Source: Negaprion brevirostris (lineage: Eukaryota). Taken from it: 63,463 bases of DNA. The DNA lies in the NCBI GenBank assembly GCA_030324005.1, contig JARDVH010000073.1, positions 54,447,745 to 54,511,207 on the forward strand, read 5' to 3'. The first letter of the stretch is position 1. Each line of letters starts with the position of its first letter. Position numbers and translations under genes: made by a program. Positions 12,380 through 24,425 of the stretch are shown piece by piece. The notes beneath the pieces were generated by a model. It worked only from the letters and a program-made list of their open reading frames with translations. It was not told the DNA's origin and searched no databases.

Positions 12380-13010
12380 TAAGATATAATTCCAGTACCC
12401 ACAATAGAAATTAAAGTCAGATACTTACAATTTGCTTTTATCTTTGAAACAACGGCAGCCATGTCTATTATCTCAAAAGGAGAATACACTAAGTCTTTAA
12501 TTCACATTCCCTTATTCTAAACTGTAGCAGAGTGGTTAGTGCTGCTGCTTCATAGCTCCAGGGAGCTGGGTTTGATTCCCAGCGTGGGTCACTGTCTGTG
12601 TGAAGTTTGCACATTCTCCTCGTCTCTGCATGGGATTCCTCTGGGTGCTCCGGTTTCCTCCCACAGTCCAAAAATTTGCGGCTTAGGTTGATTGGCCGTG
12701 CTAAAATTGCCCCTTAGTGTCCTGAGATGCGTAGGTTCGAAGGATTAGCAGGTAATGTGTAGGGATGTGGCAGTAGGGCCTGGGTGGGATTATAGTCAGA
12801 GCAGACTCGATGGGCCAAATGGTTTCTTTCTGCACTGTAGGGTTTCTATGATAAACAAACTAGTTATTCTAATAAGAATATTCCAGTGTTAGGTGAAGTT
12901 AGTATCAGAGTGGAATATGATGATATATCCTATTATTTGCCATTGGTAGTGATGGAAGGGAACAAAGTCTCGCGGATGGGAAGGATTGGCCTAAGGACAT
13001 ATGCATAAAT
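12380..13010 (+). mobile_element. Gypsy LTR-retrotransposon aspartic protease remnant split by a SINE
   Basis: PTIEIKV..FAFIFETTAAMSIIS (decayed DTGA.SII motif) lies before the SINE and TSYSNKNIPVLGEVSIRVEY..LPLVVMEGNKVSRMGR (..LLGRD motif) after it. Confidence 0.6.
12523..12851 (+). mobile_element. HE1-type V-SINE (tRNA head, V domain, CR1-type tail)
   Basis: A/B boxes, V-domain TTTGCACATTCTCC..GGGTGCTCCGGTTTCCTCCCACAGTCCAAA, and tail GACTCGATGGGCCAAATGG..CTGCACTGTAGGG..CTATG. Confidence 0.88.
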
Positions 13011-13589
13011 GGGGCCTGGCTATTTACAGTAAGGATCAGTAAGAGTATGTATGTGTGTCACTGAGGAAGTGGCAAGAAAGCACAGAGTGGTTTTTGAGCA
13101 AGGATGACAAATAATGAAACAAGGCTGAAGTCAAGATAAAGGACAATGTGTAGGTAGGCTAAGCATGTGCCTTTTGCGCAGGTACAACACATCTAGTTGC
13201 CACTCAATTAAATGCAACAACATACATCATAACTGAAACTGTCTGCTCAACTGCTTTCCTGACCTTGCAAACATCACTCTGCCACACTTCTGCTGACAGT
13301 AAAACCTGACAAGTTAGTTGAAACCAAACAGACTGCACCTCCCTTACCACTCCACTTGTTCAATCCACTTACCATCTCAGTGCCCCATCTAGAGCAATCT
13401 TCCAGAGCATGACCTATCAGTCCATATCCTTTGGATCAAGGAATGAGAAGCATGGGAAGTCACCAACAAGATTCTTGTGACAAACCACATCTATGGGGTG
13501 GCAGAGTTTGAACTGTCATGGCAGATAGATTCAGGACAGACCAGAGCTCTGTGCAACAAACCTCCACTGCTGGGTCTTAGTAAGACGTG

Positions 13590-13790
13590 GAGACCGTGCA
13601 GAGCGTGCAGAGGAGGTTTACCAGGATGCTGCCTGGTATGGAAGAACTGGGCTATGAGGAAAGATTGGGCAAATTGGGGCTGTTTTCCCTTGAAAGATGG
13701 TGACTGAGGGGAGATCTAATAGAGGTATATAAGATTATGAAGGGTATAGATAGAGTAAACAGTGGTAAGCTTTTTCCATCGTTGGAAACT
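13590..13790 (+). mobile_element. CR1 ORF2 C-terminal fragment
   Basis: VQRRFTRMLPGMEELGYEERLGKLGLFSL..LRGDLIEVYKIM. Confidence 0.85.
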
Positions 13791-13971
13791 GCCTAGTGAA
13801 AGTGGAAAGGGACTGAATACTACAATACTGCTTGTGTTGTGATCACTGCTGCATTTACCAGGCATTACTGCTGGGCACCTGGAGCCAGCTCTCGGAGTCA
13901 GCAACCCCAAGTGGCAAGGTGGTCTGGTGACACTAAACTTCCACAGTGCGCAATGCCCTAACTAATTTAGG

Positions 13972-14180
13972 GTTGTGGGTTTTAATAGAAAGACAAGAAC
14001 AATGGCTTTCTGATGCACACTTAGATTCAACAGGTTTTATTGAAGGGCTGCTCTTTGCTCTGCATCAGAATACTAAACTGAAGATAAAACAGCGCACAGC
14101 CACATCCCGATCAAATCATGTGATCAGCTCGTAAAGTAATCATGCAATCCTTTTGAAATATATAACATTCCTCTCCCTTT
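13972..14180 (-). mobile_element. Gypsy 3' LTR (about 195 bp) with polypurine tract
   Basis: On the minus strand, PPT AAAGGGAGAGGAA (14168-14180) is immediately followed by TGTTATA.. at 14167, with an internal AATAAA at about 14040. The distal end is approximate. Confidence 0.65.
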
Positions 14181-14649
14181 ACCTATGTGATCACAACAAC
14201 AAATTACAATAATATAATAAATAGGATCAATAATACTCTAGCCACAGTACTATGCATCATTAATCATCATACATGGTCAATAAGAAAGTTGATCAGGACG
14301 ATGCACGTTCCTCTTTAGTTCTATACAGTGTTCTGTAATTTGGCTGTCCTTGACTCTAGGAATTTGATTTGGAACTTCAGTAGACATTTCTTCTCTCGGA
14401 ACTAATTCTGCACAATTCTCACTCAGTGTAGTAGCAGAGACACCATTATAAGACAATTCAGATTCAAGGAAATAGTAGGAGTAGCATTCACAATACTAGG
14501 GCCTAAAGAAGTTGGTACTTTTGGTGATGAGTCTTGAGAAATAATTTCAAAATGACAACAATTGGTTTGAACCATGTAAGAAATTGGAGCTATTTTCATT
14601 AAAATTATGGCTGGTACTCATTCCTCATTTGTGGCATAATTACATAACA

Positions 14650-16667
14650 CCAGTGGTGGGGGAATTCTCAAGGTCCGCTAGCTCTTAGCGAGCATTGCAG
14701 TGGGCCAAAAAATCCAATTAATGTTGAAATGGCCTCCTGAACACCTCGATAGCAGGCTAGGATGCCGATTCAATAGCTGCTTGAGATGCTCCTGCTCCTC
14801 CAGACAGAAGTCACACGGCGTGAATTGGTATAGGTCCTGAATAGCAGGAGCCTGGCAAACTGAGCACTGAGGGGGAGCAAAAGGCTAAGACATCACTTGA
14901 AGTTAAACACTGGAGTATACAGGGGTATTGCAAAGCACCTGTGGGTAGCAATGTCTGTGCTGGTCACTTGGGGATGACCTCAGGGGTCCTCCCACCCCCT
15001 TCTGGGACATGGGTGTAGGTTGGCTGTAGGTCCTCGTGCTGTGGAGGGTATGTGCAAAGAAATCACTAAAATGTGACCCTCAGATAGCTGACCTTTCATT
15101 GTGTAGCTTGGTGTCGGTTGCATGTCTCACTTGTGATGTCTCCTTCCTTGATAATGATGTCATGCCCATCTGTGAGTCTGCGTTACTTTCAAGAGAATCC
15201 ATGGGCACACCGGGCTTGCCCATGTTCAGTCAATGACTCTGACACACCGCCAGGAATATTCCTGCTCACTTGGGTCATCAGATGCATTTGGGATCTTGCC
15301 CTTTCAAGACTGGTTGTGGCCCATGTACAGTGTCTCTCAGGTGCAGACCTGGTTAAGGAGTGGCCTCAGAAAAGGAGAATTAAGTGAACAAGCACATCAA
15401 CTAGTACCACCTGATTATGTCATGTGGGCTGATTAGCAGAACAGAGGAATTCCTTGCTGACCTCCACTGAGGTATGAGGTGCTGAATAACAGTCCATAAC
15501 TCCTAAGCAGTGGCTTCACTTCCCCAGCACACAAGTTCCTGACACAGCCCATACAGGAATGCGCCAGGATCCCGCCATGAAGCACCCTCCACTCTGCTCC
15601 CAGTGAAACGCAGGAGAAGCTCAGTGGACTCCATCATGGGCACCTTGCTGTTGTGGACATGGGCACTTCATATGGGTGGGAGTGTTAGTGATGTCTACAG
15701 GTTCAAGTACCAAGGAACAGTTGCCACGTTACCGAGCGGAAGAGGGTTGTCAAGTAAGGTGAAAGTGCTGGAAGGCCCTGGATTCTTTGGGGGAGGGGTG
15801 CATATCAGCCAAGCACGTGGGAAAAATTGCTTGCTCCTTGTGTGGCCACACTGCAGTTTGGAGTTTCATGACACCCAGTGAAGATAAGGATCACCTGACC
15901 TAGAGGCCTAGGGGTCTGAGGGAGCAGACTGATTGGTTAGCTGCAATGGAGAGGATTTGACGGTCTTCAAACAAGACAAGACTCAGGGATTAGGGAGGAC
16001 TTGAGGGCAACAGGATGTTCAGCGATGCTGATTGTTTCTTTCTCTCTATCTGTCTATCTTCTGTCTGTCTGTCTCTCACCCTCTCCTTCTCTATCCTCCC
16101 CACAAAGTAAAAATGAATTTTGCCTTGCAGCAACGCCAACTAACCTTCATGGTATTGAGTGCTGCCACAGCAGATAAGCATTGGCAACAAGTGCTAGGGC
16201 CATTTCATGCCTGATCCAGCCCCATGGGAACTGGACCCCGAACATTTGGGGGCTGCCTGAGGCCCAGGTGCTGGCCCCCATCAGGCAGTGGCGGGGGAAT
16301 GAAGACCCTCTTCTGTAGGCCATAGCTGTGCAGGAGGCCCTGGTCATTCAGTGAACTATCGGACAATATGTGCTGCTGAACATTGCGCCTTTATAGGGAG
16401 ATGGTGCAGTACCTGTGCCAGGTTTTAGCTCACCTGGCACTTAGAGGAGGAGGAGGACTTCTGCTCCCTGTGGCCATGAAGGTCATGGCTGCCTTGAATT
16501 TTTCTGCATTTCAATCATTCCATGGCTTGTCCTAGGACTGGAGCGGAATTTCTCAAACCACTGTGCATAGTTATATGTGTGAAGTGACAGATGCCCTAAA
16601 TGCCTAGGCATCTGATTATATCACCTACCAACAGGACCAACATTTCTGGGCTGCAGGTTTGCATGAG
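14650..16667 (+). mobile_element. Truncated PIF/Harbinger element inserted in the Gypsy integrase
   Basis: 16350-16640 translates LRLYREMVQYLCQVL..LPVAMKVMAALNFSAFQSF..SGISQTTVHSYMCEVTDAL..SDYITY (HARBI1-like HTH region). The element starts with a GGGGGAATTCT terminus. The assignment of the left portion is less sure. Confidence 0.7.
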
Positions 16668-17786
16668 AAGTATTTCTATAAGATGCTAAAAAGGTATTCA
16701 CCTGACGTGATGAAGAACATTGCTCTTTTGAAGCATTAAAAGAATATTTCAAGGATTGTACAAATCTTTTAGCTAATCATTTGGTTGATGGATGATATGG
16801 TGTGGATTTTATATGCTGAATAACATTTACTTTGAGTGAATCCTCAAACTCTTGTGAAATAAACTGTGAACCATTATCACAAACAATCTGTTCCAGTTTA
16901 CCAAACCTTGCACAAGTTTTGGCAAGTTTTTAAATGGTTTGTTTAGATGTTGTAGATCTCATAATTTCTGGCCACTTTGGAGTGTACATCAGTTATGAAT
17001 AAGAACATGTAACTGCTAAACAGACTGGCAACATCTACATGTAATTGTTGCCTTGGCATTTTAGGCCAATCCCAAAGATGTAAAGGAGAAGAAAGTGGAG
17101 TATTTTTTCTTCATGCACAGGATTGACACTATTCCACTTTTTTTTTTAATCTGAGCATCCAGATCCGACCACCAAAAATAATCACATGCTAATTCCGTCT
17201 TCTGGCTTGTACCAGAACACCTTTCATGTACTTGTTCAAGAACTCTTTCATGTAGACTAGGAGGAATGTTCACTCTGATTACCCACCTTAGACATTCAAC
17301 TTCATCTTTCTTGACACATGGTTTCAGATCAGAATGTGGATAATGCATTCCAGCTCTAGTTCTTTTCAATACCATGTCCATCGCCTTTCCATCATTTCTG
17401 GTACGTCTCTGAGATGTTGATGAAAAATAAAGATTCTTAGTAAAACTAGTTGGTAGTACTCAGTGTAAAGTATTGTCAATCAGGGTGCCATGCTAATGTT
17501 TTTGACTATATCTCTTTCTCTCTCCCAGTTTTTTTTTGCTTTCTATAATGTGTTAATTTTAAATTATGCTAAATAAAAGAAATTCAATGTACCAGTGCTG
17601 TCTTTGTCTATTCTGAGGAATGAATGGATTTTACAGGTAAGCATGATAATGCATCAGCATTAGCGTGGCACTCTGATCGTACTTTATATTGTAAGAATAT
17701 GCAGATAAGATCAGTGCCTATCTTTGCAGTCAACTAATGATGATATGCCTTTATATGGCCTAAAAACAGTAGTTAAGGGTCGATAA

Positions 17787-18089
17787 TTCAGAGGGGGGGT
17801 GGGACCCTGAGTAGCAATGATGAAAGTGAGGGGGTCGTAGATGGGGACTGCAAAGCACGGCATCGTGGGGGTGGAGCAGAGCACGGTTTGAAATGTGTAT
17901 ACTTTAATGCGAGGNNNNNNNNNNNNNNNNNNNNNNNNNNNNNNNNNNNNNNNNNNNNNNNNNNNNNNNNNNNNNNNNNNNNNNNNNNNNNNNNNNNNNN
18001 NNNNNNNNNNNNNNTCATTGCTTTTTTAATTGGTTGGCGCAACATCGTGGGCCGAAGGGCCTGTTCTGCGCTGTAATGTTCTATGTTCT
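17787..18089 (+). mobile_element. Young CR1 insertion in Gypsy RNase H, interior hidden in a 100-N gap
   Basis: The left side encodes the APE start LKCVYFNAR and the right side is the CR1 3' tail (GGGCCGAAGGGCCTGTTCTGCGCTGTAATGTTCTATGTTCTA). The flanks rejoin as Gypsy LLTTY/RPL, with a possible short ATAA duplication. Confidence 0.85.
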
Positions 18090-18839
18090 ATAAGTAGTCA
18101 ATAATGTGAAATGACGACCATATAAATAATGATGAAACCTTTGTATACCAAAAATTATACCCAGTGCTTCTTTTTCCAGCTGAGCATAGTTAGATTCAGC
18201 ACCAGTCAGAGTACGTGAAGTAAAAGCTATTGATCTTTCTTCTCTCGAAAGCCTAATGTGTGAAACCACTGTCCCTACTCCATAAAATGAAGCATTGCAT
18301 GAAAATTTACTGTCCTCCTAATGGTCTCCATTGGCCCTTTCAGAACCAGTGATATGGCCACAGAGGAATCTGAAAAGCTAATAACTTGTACGTGCCTGTA
18401 AGAATGCTCCAAATTTCATACAATGACACCAATTGGAACATCGTGCTTAATTTCCTGAGATTTAAGATTCCGGAGTTCCGATTTCCTGCCTGCCTTTTAA
18501 TGATTTTTACAACAGATGTTTGTATTCCTGCTTCTTTGCTATCAGCCCATTGCTTGTACGTTCAAGAGGTAAACATTACTGAGTTGTGATGGTTATAGAA
18601 AGTATTGGTTTTGGTTTATAAACCAATGCATTTGCTTTAAGCAATGGGTAATAACTGTTCAGAGCACAGAATTTATTTTCCTTTCCGTGATGGCTCATAG
18701 GAACAGGAGGATGCTGTGCAACCCCTCAAGCCTGTTTCACCATTCACTTAAATCATACCTGACCTGTCCATTTACTGGCCTTCACTCCATTTCTCTTAAT
18801 ACCCTTGCCTAACAAAAATGCTCAGTTGTTAATTGCTTT

Positions 18840-19140
18840 GTGTAGCTTAGTCATATGGACCAGAGAGTTCCAGGTTTGATCACTTTTTTGCCACACTGAA
18901 TTAGCTGATTTCAGTCAGCCTCACAAGATTGATGTCATAGTTTCTGAACTAGAGGGCTGATGGGGATAGGGGAATGGTTGGTGGGTAATGTTGTGATGAA
19001 ATGAGACTGGGCTGCCCTCTTACGAGGCTGAATTGTTTCATTGGTCCGTTCTGATCACTCAAAGTGATTGGTCAGGCTGCTACTCAATAGACCCATCCTC
19101 AACAAGACTCTCAGGGATGAAAAATAGAAACATTGGCCAC
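18840..19140 (+). mobile_element. Unclassified old tRNA-derived SINE
   Basis: GGACCAGAGAGTTCCAGGTTTGATC..CTGAATTAGCTGATTTCAG. A related inverse copy lies at about 45200-45480. Confidence 0.4.
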
Positions 19141-19234
19141 AGTTTTTACAAGATGGAAGGCGAGGTGCGGTGTGTGAGAGGCAAGATGACGATGTGAACT
19201 TGCTATTGGGCAGCCCCCAAATGAACAAAACCAA

Positions 19235-19420
19235 AAGACCGTGGATACTGGAAATCAGGAATCAAAAGAAGAAAAACAGGTCTGCAGCATCAGTGGAGAC
19301 AGAAGCAGAGTTAACGTATCCAGTCCATAAGAAGAGTCATACAGACTCAAAATATTAACTCTTTTTCTCTCTCTCCACAAATGCTGTTAGATCTGTTGAG
19401 TTTTTCCAGTATTTTCTCTT
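19235..19420. mobile_element. Palindromic Penelope-type terminal repeat, hammerhead core decayed
   Basis: Inverted arms (GCAGCATCAGTGGAGACAGAA / TCTCTCCACAAATGCTG) surround AGAAGAGTCATACAGACTCAAAA. Confidence 0.55.
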
Positions 19421-19674
19421 CCCCCCCCCCTTGTGGGAAACCAGGGAGTTCCTCTGGACAGACATTGTGGATCTCCCCAGTCCAAGATTTTAATTTTCAA
19501 GAACTTAACCCTTTAGCTCACCCTTTCTTGTCTATCATGTGTTGGTGATTGCTGGTTAAAATGCAGACCAGTGTCTGAAAAGGAAGGAGAAGGGAAAGTG
19601 TAACTCTGTTTACTCCAGGTAGCCTAAACCTCTGCTTGTGAGCAACACTATAGAATCACTTGAATATTGTTGAG

Positions 19675-19925
19675 AAGAGAGACATAGAGTTGAAGTTTTT
19701 CAACTTGCATTCATCAGGACAAATGAAAGAATGCCAAACTTCAAAAATTACAATAATTTTTAGACTACAGAAGAAAAGGGTGCTGATTGGTTGTTGACTC
19801 TGACTGAGGCTTTGTCATGGAAAAAACAATGGGGAATTACAGACTCCTCAGGCTTCAGGGCAATTTAAAAAAAGGAGCAAGACTTGAATATATCTCTCTT
19901 TGTAGAGAACTGATCTCTGCATGAC
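19675..19925 (-). mobile_element. Hammerhead-bearing repeat (third family), decayed
   Basis: Minus strand UGUC-CUGAUGA-AUGCAAGUU-GAAA. The flanks are homologous to 61960-62270. Confidence 0.5.
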
Positions 19926-20175
19926 CACACAGTGGCTAGCACTGCTGCCTCACAGCACCAGGGATTCGGGTTCGATTTCTGGCTTGGTCACTGTCTGTGT
20001 GGAGTTGCACGTTCTCCCCATGCCTGTGTGAGTTTCCTCCCACAGTGCGAAAGATGTGCTAGTTAGGTGCATTGGCATGCTACATTCTCACTCAGTGTAT
20101 CCGAGCAGGTGTCAGAGTGGCAACTAGGGGATTCTCACAGTAAATTCATTGCAGTGACTAATAAATAAGTAAACT
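19925..20175 (+). mobile_element. V-SINE with HE1-like head but a different 3' tail
   Basis: Head and V domain as in HE1, but it ends CACAGTAAATTCATTGCAGTGACTAATAAATAAG. The same tail occurs inverted at 41230-41285. Confidence 0.75.
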
Positions 20176-21369
20176 TTTAAAACTGTTTATTACAAACAAG
20201 TGGAAGAACCATGCTGTTTGCTTTGCTTTGCCAATCTTTGGGATGTACAGCTGACACAGCTGGCATTGCACCGGCACTGAAATCCATACATGACGTTGTT
20301 TAATTCTATGTAAGCAGAATGTCTTTTTGGACTGACAGCAGTATGCTGTTAGTGGAAAATACCACTCGTTTAGCACTGCTTAGTAGCAGAGTCAAATGGA
20401 TTGTTTACCCTGTTATTCAAACCTTTGAGCTATTTTGCTTTCTCAGGGCTATTTGAGATAGGCCAGGCGCTTTGCAGGTCCAAAAGTGACGGTTTTGGCC
20501 CATGTGAGTTTGTGCAAGCTTTGGCAACATGTCACTCTTTTTAGTAATATAGAAGCTAAATTATTATGTCATTTTGCAGCCTCAGCAGCTGGTCCATTCC
20601 TACTGATGGTTGGTTTGATTTTGTGTGCAATTGGCAGTTTAGGCTTGCCTTGCATCTCAATGAAAAGATCACTTTCCTGACGCCTTTTGAGCCAGACAGC
20701 ATTCTCTTTGTTTGGCTCCCACTGCCTAGCCTATTTATAGCACTTCAAGCTCCCCCCACCCCCACCTCACCCCTCTGTGTGCAAAATCCCAAGAAAACGG
20801 AGCGTGGATGTGTGGAGTCATTGTCCACAGATGCAATAGGCCCAAGCATTTTTTGCTGTTCGACAAATGATGAGGCAGATTAAATCATTTGTGGCAGTTT
20901 TCATTGTGTAACAGGTGACATTGCAGCTCCCCCCCCTCAGCTCTCCTGCCATCCCCTCCCCTTAATGAAGTACGTGGCACTCATTCGCTTTGTACAAATG
21001 AGAGTTCTATGCTGGAATATGAAGCCATTATCGCTGTGATACATTACCCAGAACAGTCCTAAGTGGTTTAGCAACCAGGCCTCTGTCACTTCTGCACAAC
21101 AAAACACCTGCTGTTGAGTCTTCACAATAAATCACGATAAAAGGAGCTCGAGAGACATTTTGTGAACAGTGTTGCTTATGAAGACTGAATTTCAGTTGAT
21201 CAAATCCTCTAGGGGCATTNNNNNNNNNNNNNNNNNNNNNNNNNNNNNNNNNNNNNNNNNNNNNNNNNNNNNNNNNNNNNNNNNNNNNNNNNNNNNNNNN
21301 NNNNNNNNNNNNNNNNNNNGGCATTAGTTTCAAAATAATATTTCAATTTCCAAGATTCTTTTGTCTCTT

Positions 21370-21690
21370 TAATAATGTGAAGGGATTTGATAAGGTAGAC
21401 ATAGAAAAGGTGTTTTCACTTATAGTATGGAAGGGTCCAGAACGCTAAATGTAGTCATTAATAAATTCAGTTGTTGATTCAAGAAAATGTCTTTACTGGG
21501 CAAGTGGTTAGAATGTTAGCTTGCAATCAAATAGTGACTGAGGCATTAGTATTGATGCATGTAAAGATAAACAAAAAGATACAGGAGGTTATGCTGATGG
21601 GGTTAGATGATGAGGGCTGGAAGGAGGTTTGTGTGGGGAATGAATGACAACACAAACTGGTTGATTCTGTTTTGAAAGTTCTGTGTGATT
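21370..21690 (+). mobile_element. Old CR1 3' fragment
   Basis: ATAATGTGAAGGGATTTGATAAGGTAGACATAGAAAAGGTGTTTTCACT and a CR1-like 3'UTR. Confidence 0.6.
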
Positions 21691-22629
21691 CTCTGATCTG
21701 TGCAGTGCGGGAAATGCATGTACAGTAGCTCATTCATATGTCAGAGGACAAGAACAAATAAAAACCCACATGGTTCATTTATCAATGCAACCTTGGAAAA
21801 CCACCGCAGTTTGGTTTTGCAAAAAAAAATGCATCATGCTAAATCCCACATTAAAAATAATCATCAGTTTTCCTTCACCTTCAGGCAGCATTAAACAGTT
21901 AGCCCCAGTTGTGGCTTGGCATCCAAAAATAAAAACAGCGGAGGCAATCATCTGACCCTATGCTGGTCAACAAGGCACCCGTACAGGAGTTAATTCCTGA
22001 CATCTTGTATACCAAGACAGCAATGCTCTGTTTACCAGTCCGTGAATTGGGCTTTGGAAATTGTTTTTGTTTAGTGGGCATTTTGAGGAGGTCTGGACGA
22101 AAGCCTGATCACAGGATCATTTCCAGTATTTTGTTGGCACTGTGTTAACACTCATGGCTGGTTGTCTGGCAGTGTGCACTAAAGTAACTTTTTCATGTCC
22201 ACAAGGTCTGCGTCCCAGCTTTCTTGCCCTCCTTGCCTGGAAGGCAGTGACTGTTGCTTGGGTTGCAGCTTCAAGAGCTGCTGTTTGGCCACTGCTACCT
22301 TGCTCAATGGGCTGTTCTTCGCATGCGTTCTCTGGGCTGTTTGACTGCAGAGAGCATTACAGCTCAGCTCAATCTTGGTCCTGATCAACGTTCACTCATC
22401 CGCTGTTTCTGGCAAAAAACTCTATCTACGTTCCTTGGTTCCATAACCCTTAATTCCCTGAGCTAACAAAACTCTATCAATCTCAGTTTTAAAATTTTCA
22501 GCTAAGCCCCATGCTCAGCAGCTTTTCTGCGCAGAGATTTCCACCACTTTTTTGTGGCTGGATTCGATGTTGAGGTCGTGCTCCCTTGTTCTGGACTCCA
22601 TCAGAGGAAACTGGTTGCTGCCATGCCAG

Positions 22630-23022
22630 CCAATTAGTGACACTCTTATCTCTGAATCACAAAGTTCTGGGTTCAAGTTCCACTCCAGGGCTTGAGTACG
22701 AAAATCAAAGTTGACATGCTTTAAGTTGACACGTTAAACCAAGACCCCATCTGGCTGCATGGGTTGATGCACAAGATCACATGGCACTATTTCAAAGAAG
22801 AGCAGGGAAATTATTTCTGGTGTCCTAGCCAATCTGCTTCACAAGAAATAGTCTATCAGCTCATTATCTCATTGCTGTTTGTGGGAGTTGTGTGCATATT
22901 AGTTGCTGCATTTCCTACATTATGACAGTGACTACATTTCAAATAGTGCTTCATTGGCTGTAAAGTGCTTTGAGATGCCTGGTGATTGTGAAAAAAGCTA
23001 CATTATAACAAGTCTGCCTTTT
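22630..23022 (+). mobile_element. Deu-domain SINE (SacSINE1/AmnSINE-like)
   Basis: tRNA head (GGGTTCAAGTTCC), GACACGTTAAACCAAGACCCC..GATCACATGGCACTATTTCAAAGAAGAGCAGGG, and tail TGTAAAGTGCTTTGAGATG. Confidence 0.8.
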
Positions 23023-23739
23023 TATTCCGTCAAATCTCCTGACTATTTTAAACATCTTGATTAGATTATCACTTAATCTTCTACACACAAGGGTGTACAA
23101 GTCCAGTTTACAGCCTGTAGCTTTTAGGACTGGGATCATTCTGTAGTAAAATTACTGTATGCTAATCCTGCTGGTAATGGAAGCGCATTTTAATGAGTTG
23201 TCTTTCAATGGCCTATTCTGGAAAAGGTGATGCACAACACACGACTGAGCTGTACACTACATAACAGCTTGCATCCAGCCACCAGTGTTTGTTCGAGTAG
23301 CTGGTGCCTTCTGGAAGAATAGTTGGGATTTTATTCCTGGCTGGGGGAAAGAATATCAGACTGGACTGTAGGAGGCAAGCATGGGGATATCAGGTGAGGA
23401 CAGGATTGGGTTTGGCTGTAATGCCCTCTGCAGCTGAATATGTGGTGGTTAATAGTCCTTCAGAAGAAGTACCAAACAAGATTCAGGAGAAAAAGCCTCA
23501 ATAGCATCACAAGCAAAAAAAATTTGCATGTATGACAAAGTAATGTGGGAGACAGTGACTGATGATGATTTTAGACTTTATTCAGTGAGATTGGAAATTT
23601 ATGCTGAGTGATTGGTCAATTCGCTTTCCCATTATCTTGTTCCATTTTTCTCTGAACCTAAAATCAGACTCATTAGAATTGAGCGGCCCATCACCTTCAG
23701 AAAGCTGACATGTCCAGATTTGGCTACGATGGATAGTAC

Positions 23740-24230
23740 TTTAGCGACACAGGGAACACGAATGGGCCATTCAGCTGCTTGAGCCTGTTTTGCCATTCAG
23801 TTAGATCATGGCTGGTCTGTACCTCAACCTCGTACTCTGATTTATTTTAGGGAAGACATGAAGCAATCTTGAAAGCTCCATTGTCTTTTGGAGGAGGGAG
23901 TTCCAAATGCCCATTCCCCTTTGTGTGAAGTGCTTCCTGATTTCCCTCCATAACAGTTAGACTCTAATGATAAGTGTATGGTCCTTCATTTCTGGATTCT
24001 GCCCGCTCCTCTCCTACTTCTCTGTATCCAGTCCATCAAATTCTTTTAACACATTGAACACTTCAATCAGATCACCCCTCAATCTTCTAAACTCTCAATA
24101 TAATTCAGGTTTTTGCATCTTTTCCTCATTCTTTAACCCTTTAAATCCCTGTGACATTTTGATGAATCACAGCAAACTCTTTATAACATTTAAGTATTAA
24201 CGTGCCCCAGAATGTTACAACCAAATGCTT
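23740..24230 (-). mobile_element. Old CR1 3' fragment
   Basis: Reverse-complement CR1 tail (CCATTCAGTTAGATCATGGCTG) and ORF2 end (ATCAGATCACCCCTCAATCTTCT). Confidence 0.65.
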
Positions 24231-24279
24231 TCTGTGGTCAGTTCAGTGTTTCAACCCAACCTCACTACATATTCTTAAT

Positions 24280-24425
24280 ACAGAATAAAAGCAAATTAGT
24301 GCCGATTTTGGGATCTGAAACAAAAACAGGAAATGTTGGGAAATCTTAGCAGGTCTGACAGCGTCTGTGGCAAAAGAATAGAGCCAACGTTTCAAATCTG
24401 AATGACTCTTCGTCAGAGCTGTCAG
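24280..24425 (-). mobile_element. Penelope-type terminal repeat with hammerhead
   Basis: Homologous to the arm of 8485-8672 and contains the motif listed next. Confidence 0.7.
24382..24420 (-). ncRNA. Minimal type I hammerhead ribozyme motif, core intact
   Basis: AGCU-CUGACGA-A-GAGUC auuca GAUUU-GAAA-CG-UU-GGCU. All core nucleotides are present, stems I and II pair (with G-U), and stem III is the palindrome ACGU. Confidence 0.65.

Larger units (their letters stand above)
14181..18305 (-). mobile_element. Decayed Gypsy pol (RNase H and integrase) with nested insertions
   Basis: RNase H: IAFTSRTLTGAESNYAQLEKEALGIIFGIQRFHHYLYGRHFTLLT..RPL and HANADALS. Zn-finger region: 17061-17381. Integrase core: QIVCDNGSQFISQEFE..STPYHPST..AKRFVQSLK..FLASYRNT (16670-16920). 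C-terminus at 14280-14640. Confidence 0.88.

Noticed and set aside
12523-12600. tRNA genes at SINE and LINE heads
   Set aside because: A/B boxes are present, but each continues into a SINE or LINE body and I see no complete cloverleaf.
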